Assembly: GCA_050309765.1 (NCBI GenBank)
Contig: JBNRMU010000050.1
Coordinates: 1-32,783 of the forward strand
Reading direction: 5' to 3'
Length of the DNA: 32,783 bases
Source: Christensenellales bacterium
GTDB taxonomy: Bacteria; Bacillota; Clostridia; Christensenellales; UBA1750
Positions 17,371 through 27,766 of the stretch are shown one piece after another (the first letter of the stretch is position 1; every line of letters starts with the position of its first letter). The notes under the pieces were generated by a model. It ran no database searches, was not told the DNA's origin, and worked only from the letters and a program-made list of their open reading frames with translations. Made by a program: the position numbers and the translations under genes.

Positions 17371-17748
17371 TTACTTTGCGGCCTTTTTCTTGCCGGCTAC
17401 CTGCTTCTTGGGGCCCTTGCGGGTACGCGCGTTCTGCTTGGTGGACTGTCCGCGCACGGGCAGGCCACGGCGATGACGAACGCCGCGGTAGCAGCCGATT
17501 TCGACAAGGCGCTTGATGTTCATGGAAACTTCACGGCGAAGGTCGCCTTCCACCTTCAGATTGTGTTCGATATAGTCGCGCAGCTTGGCAACCTCAGCCT
17601 CGGTCAGATCCTTCACGCGGGTATCGGGATTGATCCCGGTCTCGCTGATGATCTTGGCGGCGGTGGTGCGGCCAATGCCGAAGATGTAGGTGATACCAAT
17701 TTCAACGCGCTTTTCTCTGGGCAGGTCAACGCCCGCTATACGTGCCAT
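17371..17748 (-). CDS. rpsM: 30S ribosomal protein S13
   Basis: [14 protein letters not shown]...[15 protein letters not shown]. Confidence 0.99.
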   Translation of the reverse strand: MARIAGVDLPREKRVEIGITYIFGIGRTTAAKIISETGINPDTRVKDLTEAEVAKLRDYIEHNLKVEGDLRREVSMNIKRLVEIGCYRGVRHRRGLPVRGQSTKQNARTRKGPKKQVAGKKKAAK

Positions 17749-17832
17749 ATTGCTGTAAACACCTCCGTGTTCCTATGCGTGTTTGGGTTTGGTTACGAAA
17801 TACCTTTGGTACAAAAGAAACTATCGATCTAT

Positions 17833-17933
17833 GTACAAAAGGCAGCTTTGCACGCGCAAATCACGGGGATGACCCCATGCAGCCGCTTGCGCGCAGGCAC
17901 AACTGAATGTACGTGCCTTAGCGCCCCTTATAC
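17833..17933 (-). ncRNA. Structured leader upstream of rpsM-rpsK-rpsD (probable S4-responsive ribosomal leader)
   Basis: Closing stem GTATAAGGGG/CCTTTTGTAC enclosing AGGCAC/GTGCCT and GCGCGCAA/TTGCGCGT (capped by ATGGGG/CCCCGT), in a 220-nt intergenic gap. Confidence 0.6.
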
Positions 17934-17969
17934 CGAAGCTGTGGGCAAAAACCCTTAAACTACCCGGGC

Positions 17970-18083
17970 TTAGCCCTGGCGCTGCTTATGCTTGGGGTTT
18001 TCGCAGATGATCATCACGCGGCCCTTGCGCTTGATGATCTTGCACTTTTCGCAAATGGGCTTGACAGAAGGTCTGACTTTCAT
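17970..18083 (-). CDS. rpmJ: 50S ribosomal protein L36 (Zn-binding form; below ORF-track cutoff)
   Basis: Manual translation [37 protein letters not shown]; RBS AGGAGGT. Confidence 0.99.
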   Translation of the reverse strand: MKVRPSVKPICEKCKIIKRKGRVMIICENPKHKQRQG

Positions 18084-18144
18084 GGTTAATTACCTCCTAA
18101 GGAGCATTTGATGCTTTAAATATGCGGGAGCGGCAGGCTGCGCT

Positions 18145-18366
18145 TTAGGCTTTGCCACGCCAGGTGATGCGGCCCCTGGTCAGATCATAGGGCGAAAGCT
18201 CTATAGTGACCTTGTCGCCGGGCAAGATCCGGATAAAGTTCATGCGGAGCTTTCCGGAGATATGGGCAAGTATCTTATGGCCGTTGGGCAGTTCCACCTG
18301 GAACATCGCGTTTGGATAGGCCTCCAGGACCTTGCCTTCCACTTCGATAACATCCTGCTTTGACAT
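18145..18366 (-). CDS. infA: Translation initiation factor IF-1
   Basis: [11 protein letters not shown]...[32 protein letters not shown]. Confidence 0.99.
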   Translation of the reverse strand: MSKQDVIEVEGKVLEAYPNAMFQVELPNGHKILAHISGKLRMNFIRILPGDKVTIELSPYDLTRGRITWRGKA

Positions 18367-18375
18367 AACCTTAAC

Positions 18376-18681
18376 TTATCCCTCCTCGTCGGGCGGCGCA
18401 TCGGTACATGCGGACTTTAAGGCGTTCAGGCTTTTGCGCAGCTCCGAGTCGAAGACGCGAACCCCCGTATTCAGCTTTTCCGCCAGATTGGAAATGTATT
18501 CCTGTGTCGGCTCCAAATGCTTTTCCTTTTTGCGTTTGGGCTTATCCAGGCGCCTTGCAGCCCCATCGGCGATCCGCACATAGGGCGCTTCGTCGCGCGC
18601 CACCACCAGAAACAGTTTACCCTTGTCGCGGCCGGCCTTGGCCCTGACGACCTGGCCTACCTGCAATCTATCCTGGCTCAT
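18376..18681 (-). CDS. KOW-domain RNA-binding protein (L14e-like), 101 aa
   Basis: ATG 18681 after AGGAGG, overlapping the map stop; GQVVRAKAGRDKG...IADG..RRLDKPKRKKEKHL; conserved map-infA position in Firmicutes. Confidence 0.9.
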   Translation of the reverse strand: MSQDRLQVGQVVRAKAGRDKGKLFLVVARDEAPYVRIADGAARRLDKPKRKKEKHLEPTQEYISNLAEKLNTGVRVFDSELRKSLNALKSACTDAPPDEEG

Positions 18682-19454
18682 ACGTCCTCCTTCGCGTCGG
18701 AGGGGATGGTCAAAATCTCGGGCTCCCCGTCGGGGGTTACGCAAATGGTGTTCTCGTAATGGGCGGCCAGGCTGCGGTCGCGGGTGACGTAGGTCCAGCG
18801 GTCGCGCTGCAGAACCACCTCGTACACGCCCGATTGGGTGGTCATGGGTTCCACGGCGATGACCAGGCCGCTTCTCAGCCTCAGCCCATGGCCCGCGATG
18901 CCGAAGTTGGGCACCTCCGGGTCTTCGTGCATTTCCTGGCCGATGCCGTGTCCGCACAGGGCGCGCACGACGCCGTAACCAAAGCTTTCTACATACTTCT
19001 GGATGGCGGAGGAAACATCCCCCAGCCGGTAGCCGACCTTGGCATACGCAATGCCCTCGTAAAAGGACTGGCGCGTGCGCTCGATGAAAAGCCTGGCCTC
19101 CTCGCTGATCTGCCCCACCGCGTAGGTGCGGGCCATGTCGGCCTGGTAGCCGTCCTTTTCCACCGTGCAGTCGATGCTGACGATCTGGCCTTCCCTAAGG
19201 ATGGTGGCCTTGAGCGGGATGCCGTGCACCACCTGCGCATCCACAGAGGCGCAGATGCTGGCGGGGAACCCGCCGTAGCCCTTGGAAGAAGGCCGGCCGC
19301 CGCGGCTCAGGATCGCCTGTTCCGCGATCTGGTCCAGCTCGTAGGTAGAGATTCCCGGGCGAATGGCGCTTTTTACTTCCTGCATGGTTTCAAACAGCAC
19401 CCGGCCCGCGCTGCGGATCTTTTCGATCTCCGCTTGGTTTTTGTAGGTAATCAT
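18678..19454 (-). CDS. map: Methionine aminopeptidase type I
   Basis: VVHGIP, SIDC, ADMART, GHGIG..MHEDP, AVEPM, AHYENT. Confidence 0.98.
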   Translation of the reverse strand: MITYKNQAEIEKIRSAGRVLFETMQEVKSAIRPGISTYELDQIAEQAILSRGGRPSSKGYGGFPASICASVDAQVVHGIPLKATILREGQIVSIDCTVEKDGYQADMARTYAVGQISEEARLFIERTRQSFYEGIAYAKVGYRLGDVSSAIQKYVESFGYGVVRALCGHGIGQEMHEDPEVPNFGIAGHGLRLRSGLVIAVEPMTTQSGVYEVVLQRDRWTYVTRDRSLAAHYENTICVTPDGEPEILTIPSDAKEDV

Positions 19455-19457
19455 ACC

Positions 19458-20081
19458 TTAAGCACCTTTGAGCGTGCGAAGGATGTTCGCCGTTACGGTA
19501 TCGATCTCTTCGCAGCCGTTGACGCTGACCAGTATGCCCTTCTTCTCGTAATACTCGATCAGGGGGCGGGTCTGGTCGGCGTATACCTTCAGCCGGTTGC
19601 GCACGGCGGAAGCCTCGTCGTCCTTACGCTGGGTAAGGGGCTTGCCGCACACGGGGCAAATGCCGTCCGGCGCCAGGTCCACATGGGTGGTGTGTCCGCA
19701 CTCAGCGCACACACGCCTGCCGGAAAGGCGGTTGACGATCACCTCGTCCGGCACCTGGATGTTGACCACGGCGTCCATCTTGGCAAAGTCCTCGAGCGCT
19801 TCGGCCTGGGCAATGGTGCGGGGGAAGCCGTCCAGCAGGTAACCGTTTTTGCAGTCGTCCTGATTCAGGCGCTCGCGCACCAGGGCAAGGACCACCTCAT
19901 CCGGCACCAGGGCGCCGCTCTCGATGAAGGAGCGGGCCTTCAGGCCGATCTCGGTCCCCTCGCGCATGGCCCGGCGGAGGATCTCGCCGGTGGAGATCTG
20001 GGGGATGCCCAGCTCCTTGATCACTCGTTCCGCCTGCGTGCCTTTGCCGGCACCCGGCGGGCCAAGAAAGATCAGTTTCAT
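19458..20081 (-). CDS. adk: Adenylate kinase (Zn lid)
   Basis: GPPGAGKGTQA, LLDGFPRT, lid CAECG...CPVCG, QRKDD. Confidence 0.99.
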   Translation of the reverse strand: MKLIFLGPPGAGKGTQAERVIKELGIPQISTGEILRRAMREGTEIGLKARSFIESGALVPDEVVLALVRERLNQDDCKNGYLLDGFPRTIAQAEALEDFAKMDAVVNIQVPDEVIVNRLSGRRVCAECGHTTHVDLAPDGICPVCGKPLTQRKDDEASAVRNRLKVYADQTRPLIEYYEKKGILVSVNGCEEIDTVTANILRTLKGA

Positions 20082-20095
20082 TTTTTGTCCTCCGT

Positions 20096-21361
20096 TTACT
20101 TCATGAAGCCCCTGTAATGACGCATCATCATCTGCGCTTCCAGCTCCTTGGTGGTTTCAAGGGCAACGGAAACAACGATCAGAATACCGGTGGCGGTAAA
20201 GGGAGCTCTGGTGCCGGTCAGGGCCAGGACAGCGGACGGGATCGTCGCGATCACGGCCAGATACAGGGCGCCGAAGAGCGTGATGCGGTTGGAGATCTTG
20301 GCAAGATAGTCGGCAGTGGGCTTGCCCGGGCGGATGCCGGGGATGAAGCCGCCGTTCTGCTGCAGGTTCTTGGAGATCTCGCCGGGGTTAAAGGTAATGG
20401 AAGAGTAGAAGTAGGTGAACACCAGGATCAACAGCGCGAACACCAGCATGTACAGCCAGCTGGAGGCGTTGAACCACTTGCCATACCAGAGCGCAAAGCC
20501 GCTGTTGGGCCAGAAGGCCGCAAAGATGGAAGGCGTCTGGATGATGGAAATGGCGAAGATCAGGGGCATAACGCCGGAAGAGTTCACCTTGATGGGGATG
20601 TGGGTGGACTGGCCGCCGTACATCTTGCGGCCCACCACACGCTTGGCATACTGCACGGGGATGCGGCGCTGGCCTTCGTCCACAAACACGATGGCAACCA
20701 CCAGCAGAAGGATGCAGACGATCACCAGCGGGATAAACCACGCATTCATCGGATTGATGGCGATGGAGGTGATGCCTTCATATATCTGGCCGGGGAAGGA
20801 CGCGATGATGCCGACGAAAATCAGCAGGGAAACGCCGTTGCCGATGCCATTTTCGGTGATGCGCTCACCGATCCACATGGCGAAGGCGGTGCCGGCCGTC
20901 AGGGAGAAGAACACAACAATGTAATGGAAGATGTTGGGATTGCCCCCGATGAAGGCCTGCTTGCCAAAGCCCATGATGATGCCCAGGGCCATGATGAAGC
21001 CCAGAGCGACGGTCACATAACGGGTGATCTGCGCGATCTTCTTGCGGCCCTCCTCGCCTTCCTTCTGGAGTCTTTCCAGGGCGGGAATGGCGTAGGCGAG
21101 CAGCTGCATGATGATCGACGAGGTGATGTAGGGCTGGATGCCCATGGCAAAGATGGTGAAGTTGGAGAAGTTCTGGCCGTTGATGAAGTCGATCATGCCA
21201 AACACAGACATGTTGGAGATGCTGTTGGCGATGACTTCGGTGTTGATGAAGGGGGTCGGGATGATTCCGCCCAAACGATAGACCAGAAGCATCATTAACG
21301 TGTACAGAATCTTCTTGCGAAGCTCCTCTACTCTCCATGCATTACGGAAAGTTTCCAGCAC
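20096..21361 (-). CDS. secY: Preprotein translocase subunit SecY (GTG start)
   Basis: FAMGIQPYITSSIIMQLL, WIGERITENGIGNGVSL, RRIPVQY, FIPGIRPG. Confidence 0.99.
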   Translation of the reverse strand: MLETFRNAWRVEELRKKILYTLMMLLVYRLGGIIPTPFINTEVIANSISNMSVFGMIDFINGQNFSNFTIFAMGIQPYITSSIIMQLLAYAIPALERLQKEGEEGRKKIAQITRYVTVALGFIMALGIIMGFGKQAFIGGNPNIFHYIVVFFSLTAGTAFAMWIGERITENGIGNGVSLLIFVGIIASFPGQIYEGITSIAINPMNAWFIPLVIVCILLLVVAIVFVDEGQRRIPVQYAKRVVGRKMYGGQSTHIPIKVNSSGVMPLIFAISIIQTPSIFAAFWPNSGFALWYGKWFNASSWLYMLVFALLILVFTYFYSSITFNPGEISKNLQQNGGFIPGIRPGKPTADYLAKISNRITLFGALYLAVIATIPSAVLALTGTRAPFTATGILIVVSVALETTKELEAQMMMRHYRGFMK

Positions 21362-21362
21362 G

Positions 21363-21803
21363 TTAAATCACCTCAGCTTTCCCACCGTTCGCTTCAATCT
21401 TGGCCTGCGCGTTCTTGGAGAACTTGGCAGCCTTCACGGTCAGGCTCTTGGTGAGGTCGCCCTCGCCCAGGATCTTGACGCCACACAGGCTCTTCTTGAT
21501 GATGCCGGCGTTCAGAAGAGCGTCCACATCCACCACGGAGCCGTTCTCGAAGATCTCCAAGGAGGAGACGTTCACTTCGGCATATTCCTTGGCAAAAATG
21601 TTGGTGAAGCCGCGCTTGGGCAGGCGCCTGGCCAAAGGCATCTGGCCGCCCTCAAATCCGGGCTGCTTGCCGCCGCCGGAGCGCGCCTTGGCGCCCTTGT
21701 GGCCCTTGCCGGAGGTTTTGCCAAGCCCGGAGCCGGTGCCGCGGCCCAAACGCTTTGGTGCGGTGGTGGAACCGGCTGCAGGAGAAATTTCATGGAGTTT
21801 CAT
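21363..21803 (-). CDS. rplO: 50S ribosomal protein L15
   Basis: [20 protein letters not shown]...[16 protein letters not shown]. Confidence 0.99.
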   Translation of the reverse strand: MKLHEISPAAGSTTAPKRLGRGTGSGLGKTSGKGHKGAKARSGGGKQPGFEGGQMPLARRLPKRGFTNIFAKEYAEVNVSSLEIFENGSVVDVDALLNAGIIKKSLCGVKILGEGDLTKSLTVKAAKFSKNAQAKIEANGGKAEVI

Positions 21804-21818
21804 GTCGTACCTCCTTGC

Positions 21819-22001
21819 TTACTCAGCGATTTCTTCAACAGAAACCATATGTTTTACTCGAAAGATCATGCCCCGGATGGCGGGGTTGTCGGGCTGGATC
21901 ACGGAGGAACCGATCTTCTTCAGGCCCAGCGCCTCAACGGTGCGCTGCTGCTTGACCAATCGTCCGCTCGTGCTCTTTTTCAGAGTGATCTTAAGCTTCA
22001 T
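21819..22001 (-). CDS. rpmD: 50S ribosomal protein L30
   Basis: [10 protein letters not shown]...[11 protein letters not shown]...AIRGMI; synteny. Confidence 0.97.
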   Translation of the reverse strand: MKLKITLKKSTSGRLVKQQRTVEALGLKKIGSSVIQPDNPAIRGMIFRVKHMVSVEEIAE

Positions 22002-22014
22002 TGATGTGTCCTCC

Positions 22015-22515
22015 TTAGCCCAGCAGCTCTTCCACGGTCTTGCCGCGAAGCTTGGCCACGTCCTCGATGGTCTTAAGCTGCTTGAGGCCCTCGATGGTGG
22101 CCTTGACCACGTTGGTGGGGTTGTTGGTGCCGTAAGACTTGGTGACGATGTCGCGGATGCCGCAGCTCTCGATCACCGCACGGGCGGGACCGCCGGCGAT
22201 AACGCCGGAGCCAGCGGGTGCAGGCATCAGAACAACCTTGCCGGTGCCGAACTTGCCGATGACCTCGTGGGGAATGGTGGTGCCGACGATGGGCACGTTC
22301 ACCAGGTGCTTCTTGGCATCCTCGACGCCCTTGCGGATGGCTTCGGGGATTTCCACAGCCTTGCCCATGCCCACGCCAACGCGACCCTTTTCGTCGCCGA
22401 TGACGATCAGGGCGCTGAAGCGGAAGTTGCGGCCGCCCTTAACAACCTTGGTTACGCGATTGACGGCAACCAGCTTTTCTTTAAATTCGCTCTCTTGGCG
22501 ATCATTGCGCTGCAT
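22015..22515 (-). CDS. rpsE: 30S ribosomal protein S5
   Basis: [18 protein letters not shown]...GVIAGG. Confidence 0.99.
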   Translation of the reverse strand: MQRNDRQESEFKEKLVAVNRVTKVVKGGRNFRFSALIVIGDEKGRVGVGMGKAVEIPEAIRKGVEDAKKHLVNVPIVGTTIPHEVIGKFGTGKVVLMPAPAGSGVIAGGPARAVIESCGIRDIVTKSYGTNNPTNVVKATIEGLKQLKTIEDVAKLRGKTVEELLG

Positions 22516-22534
22516 TTAATACCCTCCTGTCGAT

Positions 22535-22903
22535 TTAGAAGCTAAGGCCAGCTTCCCTGGCGCCCTCAGCAACAGCGGCCACACGGCCGGTGTAGACATA
22601 ACCGCCGCGGTCGAACACGACCTGCTTGATGCCGGCTTCCAGCGCGCGCTCGGCGGCCAGCTTGCCAACCAGCTTGGCGGCACCCTTCTTGTCGACGGAG
22701 TCAAGCTGCGGCTTGATGCTCTTGTCGAGGGTGGAGGCGGACACGAGGGTGGCACCCTTGGTGTCGTCGATCACCTGCACATAGATGTTGTTCAGGCTCC
22801 GGTACACGCAGAAGCGGGGGCGCTCGGTGTTCCCGGAAATCTTTTTGCGGACGCGCTGATGGCGAATCCGACGAATGGCATTTTTGTCCTTCTTCTGGAT
22901 CAC
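22535..22903 (-). CDS. rplR: 50S ribosomal protein L18 (GTG start)
   Basis: RPRFCVYRS...[14 protein letters not shown]...AREAGL. Confidence 0.99.
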   Translation of the reverse strand: MIQKKDKNAIRRIRHQRVRKKISGNTERPRFCVYRSLNNIYVQVIDDTKGATLVSASTLDKSIKPQLDSVDKKGAAKLVGKLAAERALEAGIKQVVFDRGGYVYTGRVAAVAEGAREAGLSF

Positions 22904-22920
22904 TTGCGTTCACCCCTTTT

Positions 22921-23460
22921 TTACTTACCGGTCTTGCCTTCCTTGCGGCGGATGACCTCGGTCTCATACTTGATGCCCTTGCCGTGATAGGGTTCGGGCT
23001 CGCGGACGGAACGAACGTTGGCGGCAACCGCGCCGACCAACTGCTTGTCGATGCCCTTCACCAGGATCTTGTTGGGGGTGGGGCACTCAAAGGTGATGCC
23101 GTCGGCCGGCTCCATCTCGACGGGATGGGAGTAACCGATGTTGATCACCAGCTTCTTGCCCTGCACCTGCGCGCGGTAGCCGACGCCGACCACGTCCAGG
23201 CCCTTCTGGTAGCCCTCGGTCACGCCCACCACCATGTTGTGGATCAGGCTGCGGCTCAGGCCGTGCAGAGACTTGTGAAGCTTGCTTTCGGAGGGACGCT
23301 GCACATGCAGAACGCCGGCCTCCTGGTTCAAAATCATATCCGGATGGATTTCCTGGGTCAGCTGACCTTTGGGGCCCTTGACGGTAACCAGATTGTTATC
23401 GCCGATGGTGACCGTGACGCCCGCGGGGATCGCAACCGGAAGTCTGCCTATACGAGACAA
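22921..23460 (-). CDS. rplF: 50S ribosomal protein L6 (TTG start)
   Basis: MSRIGRLPV...GVGYRA...[11 protein letters not shown]. Confidence 0.99.
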   Translation of the reverse strand: MSRIGRLPVAIPAGVTVTIGDNNLVTVKGPKGQLTQEIHPDMILNQEAGVLHVQRPSESKLHKSLHGLSRSLIHNMVVGVTEGYQKGLDVVGVGYRAQVQGKKLVINIGYSHPVEMEPADGITFECPTPNKILVKGIDKQLVGAVAANVRSVREPEPYHGKGIKYETEVIRRKEGKTGK

Positions 23461-23481
23461 TTCAATGCACCTCCTAATTCA

Positions 23482-23880
23482 TCACCAAACGTAGCAGAGC
23501 ACTTCGCCACCCACTGCGTTTTTACGGGCCTGACGATCGGTCATAACGCCCTTGGACGTGGAAATGATGGCAATTCCCAGGCCGCCCAATACCTTGGGAA
23601 TATCTTCGGACTTGGCATACACGCGCAGGCCGGGCTTGGAGATGCGCTTCAGGCCCGTGATAACGCCGTTGCGGTTGCCGTCATATTTCAAAGTGAGCTT
23701 GATGGTTCCCTGGACGCCGTCCTCAATTACCTCAAAGCCCTTGATGTAACCCTCGTCCACCAGGATCTGCGCAATGGCCTTTTTCATGTTGGACGCGGGA
23801 AGGGTAGTGGTTTCGTGTTTGGCGACCAGAGCATTGCGGATACGGGTAAGCATATCAGCGACGGGATCATTGATGAGCAT
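23482..23880 (-). CDS. rpsH: 30S ribosomal protein S8
   Basis: [13 protein letters not shown]...[10 protein letters not shown]...STSKGVMT. Confidence 0.99.
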   Translation of the reverse strand: MLINDPVADMLTRIRNALVAKHETTTLPASNMKKAIAQILVDEGYIKGFEVIEDGVQGTIKLTLKYDGNRNGVITGLKRISKPGLRVYAKSEDIPKVLGGLGIAIISTSKGVMTDRQARKNAVGGEVLCYVW

Positions 23881-23913
23881 ACTGCTTTTTCCTCCTAAGA
23901 CATTGAACTCCGG

Positions 23914-24099
23914 TTACCAACTTGCCTTGCGGACACCGGGAATCTGCCCCTTGTAGGCCAGTTCGCGGAAGCAAATGCGGCAGATGCCGTACTTGCGCAG
24001 CACGGAATGGGGCCTGCCGCAGATGCGGCAGCGGGTGTAGGCTCGGGTGGAGAACTTGGCAGGCTTTTGCTGACGAAGGATGATACTCTTTTTAGCCAT
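23914..24099 (-). CDS. rpsN: 30S ribosomal protein S14 type Z
   Basis: 61 aa; RCRICGRP...[10 protein letters not shown]...IPGVRKASW. Confidence 0.99.
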   Translation of the reverse strand: MAKKSIILRQQKPAKFSTRAYTRCRICGRPHSVLRKYGICRICFRELAYKGQIPGVRKASW

Positions 24100-24118
24100 T
24101 GATTTATGTTCTCCTCTC

Positions 24119-24661
24119 TTAGGCCTGGGCGAAGGGCATGCCCAGGAGCCTCAAAAGCTCCTTTGCCTCTTCGTCGGTATTGGCGGTGGTCACGAAAATC
24201 ATTTCCATGCCGCGGATCTTGTCGATCTTGTCGTACTCGATCTCGGGGAAGATGAGCTGCTCGCGGATGCCCAGCGCGTAGTTGCCGCGGCCGTCAAAGG
24301 CGTTGGCAGACACGCCGCGGAAGTCGCGGACGCGGGGCAGAGCGATATTCATCAGCTTATCAGCGAACTCATACATGCGGTCGCCGCGGAGCGTAACCTT
24401 GGCGCCGATCTTCATGCCGGTACGCACCTTGAAGTTTGCAACGGACTTCTTGGCGGTGGTGACCAGCGGCTTCTGGCCGGAGATGATCGCCAGGTCATTG
24501 ACGGCGGCATCCAGGGCCTTGGGGTTGTCCTTCGCCTCGCCAAGACCCATGTTGATGACGATCTTGTCGAGCTTGGGGGTCTGGTTTACGTTTTTATAGC
24601 CGAACTTCTGCTGCAGAGCCTGCGCGACTTCGGCCTTATACTTATCCTTTAACCTGGGCAC
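24119..24661 (-). CDS. rplE: 50S ribosomal protein L5 (GTG start)
   Basis: KIVINMG...ISGQKP...LPRVRDFRG...FDGRGNY. Confidence 0.99.
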   Translation of the reverse strand: MPRLKDKYKAEVAQALQQKFGYKNVNQTPKLDKIVINMGLGEAKDNPKALDAAVNDLAIISGQKPLVTTAKKSVANFKVRTGMKIGAKVTLRGDRMYEFADKLMNIALPRVRDFRGVSANAFDGRGNYALGIREQLIFPEIEYDKIDKIRGMEMIFVTTANTDEEAKELLRLLGMPFAQA

Positions 24662-24693
24662 TGTGTATGTCCCTCCTGTTTTCTAAGTAAAGC

Positions 24694-25044
24694 CTACTTG
24701 TCAAAGGTTTCGCCGCACTTTTTGCACAGGCGCACCTTGCTGCCATCGTCCAGCAGCTTATGGGCAAGACGGGTGGGTTTGCCGCAGCGCGGGCAGACGA
24801 GCATCACCTTGGAAGCGTAGATGGGAGCTTCCCTCTTGACGATGCCGCCCTGCTGGCCCATGGCGCGGGGCTTGGTGTGCTTGGAAACAATGCCCACGCC
24901 TTCCACGATGATCTTGCCCTGCTTGGGCAGCGCGGTGAGCACCTTGCCCTTTTTGCCCTTATCCTTGCCGGAAATGACGATCACCAGATCGTCCTTTTTC
25001 ACATGAATCTTTTCGACCTTCTTTGGTGCCTGCAAGTTAGCCAC
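24694..25044 (-). CDS. rplX: 50S ribosomal protein L24 (GTG start)
   Basis: [21 protein letters not shown]...EAPIYASKV; CPRC/CKKC motif. Confidence 0.98.
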   Translation of the reverse strand: MANLQAPKKVEKIHVKKDDLVIVISGKDKGKKGKVLTALPKQGKIIVEGVGIVSKHTKPRAMGQQGGIVKREAPIYASKVMLVCPRCGKPTRLAHKLLDDGSKVRLCKKCGETFDK

Positions 25045-25050
25045 CTCCCA

Positions 25051-25419
25051 TTAAAGTACCTCGGGCGCAAGCGAGACGATCTTCATGAAATCCTTCTCGC
25101 GCAGCTCTCTCGCCACCGGCCCAAAGATGCGTGTTCCGCGGGGCTGCTTCTGATCGTTGATGATCACAGCCGCGTTGTCGTCAAAGCGGATATAGGAACC
25201 GTCCTTGCGGCGCCTGGACTTCACCGTGCGCACCACAACGGCTTTTACAACGTCGCCCTTCTTTACAACACCGCCGGGTGTTGCGCTCTTGACAGAAGCC
25301 ACGATCACATCGCCGATGCTGCCATAGGAGCGGAAGGAACCGCCGAGCACACGAATGCACATGATTTCCTTGGCGCCGGTGTTATCGGCAACCTTCAATC
25401 TGGTTTGCGGTTGTACCAT
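25051..25419 (-). CDS. rplN: 50S ribosomal protein L14
   Basis: VADNTGAK...FDDNAAV...[12 protein letters not shown]...SLAPEVL. Confidence 0.99.
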   Translation of the reverse strand: MVQPQTRLKVADNTGAKEIMCIRVLGGSFRSYGSIGDVIVASVKSATPGGVVKKGDVVKAVVVRTVKSRRRKDGSYIRFDDNAAVIINDQKQPRGTRIFGPVARELREKDFMKIVSLAPEVL

Positions 25420-25446
25420 AGTGTTTTCCTCCTAAAATTGCCCGGC

Positions 25447-25707
25447 TTACTTCGCCTTTTCGATGATCTCGACCAAACGCCAGCGCTTGGTTTTGCTCAG
25501 GGGCCTGGTCTCCATCACGCGAACCCTGTCGCCGATGCCGCAGCTGTTGAGCTCGTCATGAGCCTGCAGCTTGGTGGTGCGTTTCATAATTTTGCCGTAC
25601 AGGCCGTGCTTTACGCGGGTGGAAATGGCTACGACGATCGTCTTGTCCATCTTATCGCTGACCACGGTGCCCACACGGGTTTTGCGGTTACCTCTTACCT
25701 CAGACAT
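25447..25707 (-). CDS. rpsQ: 30S ribosomal protein S17
   Basis: [14 protein letters not shown]...[13 protein letters not shown]. Confidence 0.99.
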   Translation of the reverse strand: MSEVRGNRKTRVGTVVSDKMDKTIVVAISTRVKHGLYGKIMKRTTKLQAHDELNSCGIGDRVRVMETRPLSKTKRWRLVEIIEKAK

Positions 25708-25737
25708 GGTTGAAGTTTCTCCTTTCCGTTGTGCACA

Positions 25738-25938
25738 TTAGGCCTGCGCCTTGATCTCGCGCTGACGCAGGATCGTCTTGACCCTGGCGATGTTGCGCCT
25801 GGTTTCCCGAATGCTGATCGGGTTCTGGAGCTGGCCGGTGGCCATCTGAAAGCGAAGGTTGAAAAGCTCCGATTTCAGCTCCTTGAGCTGATCGTTCAGC
25901 TCCTGATCGTTCATCTCGAAATACTTGCTCGCTTTCAT
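25738..25938 (-). CDS. rpmC: 50S ribosomal protein L29
   Basis: [17 protein letters not shown]...IARVKT. Confidence 0.99.
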   Translation of the reverse strand: MKASKYFEMNDQELNDQLKELKSELFNLRFQMATGQLQNPISIRETRRNIARVKTILRQREIKAQA

Positions 25939-25941
25939 TGA

Positions 25942-26367
25942 TTATTCACCACCCTTGGCAGTCTCTTTGGCAAGGATCTTCGTCTTTAAGGGAAGCTTGT
26001 GGGCGGCAAGGCGCAGCGCTTCGCGGGCGGCGTCCTCGGGCACGCCGGCGATCTCAAAGAGAACGCGGCCCGGCTTGACCACGGCAACCCAGTATTCGGG
26101 AGAGCCTTTGCCGGAGCCCATGCGGGTCTCGGCGGGCTTTTCGGTAACGGGCTTATCGGGGAAGATCTTGATCCAGACCTGGCCGCCACGACGGATGAAA
26201 CGGGTCATGGCAACACGGGCGGACTCGATCTGGTTGGACGTAACCCAGGCGGGCTGGGTGGCGACAAGGCCGAAATCGCCGTAAGCGACAAAGTTGCCGC
26301 GGCTGGCCTTGCCCTTCATGCGGCCGCGGAACACGCGACGACGCTTAACCCTCTTTGGCATCAACAT
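25942..26367 (-). CDS. rplP: 50S ribosomal protein L16
   Basis: MLMPKRVK...QIESAR...[12 protein letters not shown]. Confidence 0.99.
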   Translation of the reverse strand: MLMPKRVKRRRVFRGRMKGKASRGNFVAYGDFGLVATQPAWVTSNQIESARVAMTRFIRRGGQVWIKIFPDKPVTEKPAETRMGSGKGSPEYWVAVVKPGRVLFEIAGVPEDAAREALRLAAHKLPLKTKILAKETAKGGE

Positions 26368-26370
26368 TGG

Positions 26371-27042
26371 TTATTTTCCTCCCTCCGCGTTCTTGACGGG
26401 GCGCTTGGCGGCGCGGGGAAGCACCTGCCCTTTGTAGATCCACACCTTGACGCCGATGCGGCCATAGGTGGTGGAAGCTTCGGCAAAGCCGTAATCGATG
26501 TTCGCGCGCAGGGTCTGCAGGGGGATGGAACCCTCGTGGTACCCTTCGGCCCTGGCGATTTCGGCACCGCCCAGGCGGCCGCCGGCCTTGACCTTGACGC
26601 CCTTGGCGCCGGCACGCATGGCGCGGCCCATGGCCTGCTTCATGGCGCGGCGGAAAGAAACGCGCTTTTCCAGGGACGCGGCGATGGACTCTGCCATCAG
26701 CTGAGCGTCGGCATCGGCACCCTTGATCTCAACGATGTTGAGGGAAACGGTTTTGCCGGTGAAGGCCTCGATCTCCTTTTTCAGAGCCTCGGCGCCAGCG
26801 CCGCCGCGGCCGATCACGATGCCGGGCTTGGCGGTGAAGATGTTAACGGTAACCTTATTGGCAGCGCGCTCGATGTCGATGCGGGAGATACCGGCCGCAT
26901 ACAGCTTTTCCTTGAGCATCTTGCGCAGGTTGTAATCCTCAATAAGGTAATTGGAAAAATCCTTCTTATCGGCGTACCAGCGAGTGGACCAGTCCTTGAT
27001 CACGCCAACGCGCGCGCCGTGGGGATTTACCTTCTGACCCAT
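26371..27042 (-). CDS. rpsC: 30S ribosomal protein S3
   Basis: MGQKVNPHG...[10 protein letters not shown]...[11 protein letters not shown]...GVKVWIY. Confidence 0.99.
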   Translation of the reverse strand: MGQKVNPHGARVGVIKDWSTRWYADKKDFSNYLIEDYNLRKMLKEKLYAAGISRIDIERAANKVTVNIFTAKPGIVIGRGGAGAEALKKEIEAFTGKTVSLNIVEIKGADADAQLMAESIAASLEKRVSFRRAMKQAMGRAMRAGAKGVKVKAGGRLGGAEIARAEGYHEGSIPLQTLRANIDYGFAEASTTYGRIGVKVWIYKGQVLPRAAKRPVKNAEGGK

Positions 27043-27057
27043 GAATTTCCCTCCTTG

Positions 27058-27444
27058 TTACTTTACCTGATCCAGGATCACGGTGATGTGGCTCGTGCGC
27101 TTCTTGATGGGGAACGCCTGACCCCTGCTGCGGGGATGGTAGCGCTTGAGCGTGGGGCCCTGGTTGGCAAAGCACTCGGCGACATACAGAGAGCCTTTGT
27201 CGAGCTCCAGGTTGTTTTCAGCGTTGGCCATGGCGGAAAGGAGAACCTTTTCCACGATGGGGGACGCCGCCTTGGGGGTGCTCATCAGAATCGCCAGCGC
27301 CTGCTCGGCCTTTTTGCCGCGGATCAGGTCCAGCACGATGTGCACCTTGCGGGAAGGGATGCGAACATATTTAGCGATGGCGCGGGGGCGCTTGTCGGCA
27401 GCAGCCTTGCGCGCCGCGCTCTTTTCACGACTTCTTGTGGCCAT
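27058..27444 (-). CDS. rplV: 50S ribosomal protein L22
   Basis: [10 protein letters not shown]...SAMANAENN...KRTSHITV; synteny; RBS AAGGAGG. Confidence 0.98.
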   Translation of the reverse strand: MATRSREKSAARKAAADKRPRAIAKYVRIPSRKVHIVLDLIRGKKAEQALAILMSTPKAASPIVEKVLLSAMANAENNLELDKGSLYVAECFANQGPTLKRYHPRSRGQAFPIKKRTSHITVILDQVK

Positions 27445-27460
27445 ACTAATCCTCCTTCAA

Positions 27461-27739
27461 TTATCGGCCGCCGGAAGACTTTTCGCCGGCATGGCCACGG
27501 AAGGTCCTGGTGGGGGCAAACTCGCCCAGCTTGTGGCCGACCATGTCCTCGGTAACGTAAACGGGAACATGCTTGCGGCCGTCGTGTACGGCGATGGTGT
27601 GTCCCACAAAGTCGGGGAAGATGGTGGAAGACCTGGACCAGGTCCTTAAAACCTTCTTGTCGCCCGTCTTATTCATCTCTTCAACCCTCTTGAGCAGCTT
27701 TTCCGCTACGAAAGGGCCCTTTTTAACAGATCTTGACAT
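27461..27739 (-). CDS. rpsS: 30S ribosomal protein S19
   Basis: [10 protein letters not shown]...TWSRSS...[13 protein letters not shown]. Confidence 0.99.
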   Translation of the reverse strand: MSRSVKKGPFVAEKLLKRVEEMNKTGDKKVLRTWSRSSTIFPDFVGHTIAVHDGRKHVPVYVTEDMVGHKLGEFAPTRTFRGHAGEKSSGGR

Positions 27740-27766
27740 GCTTCAAACAGTCTCCTTTCAAACGGC

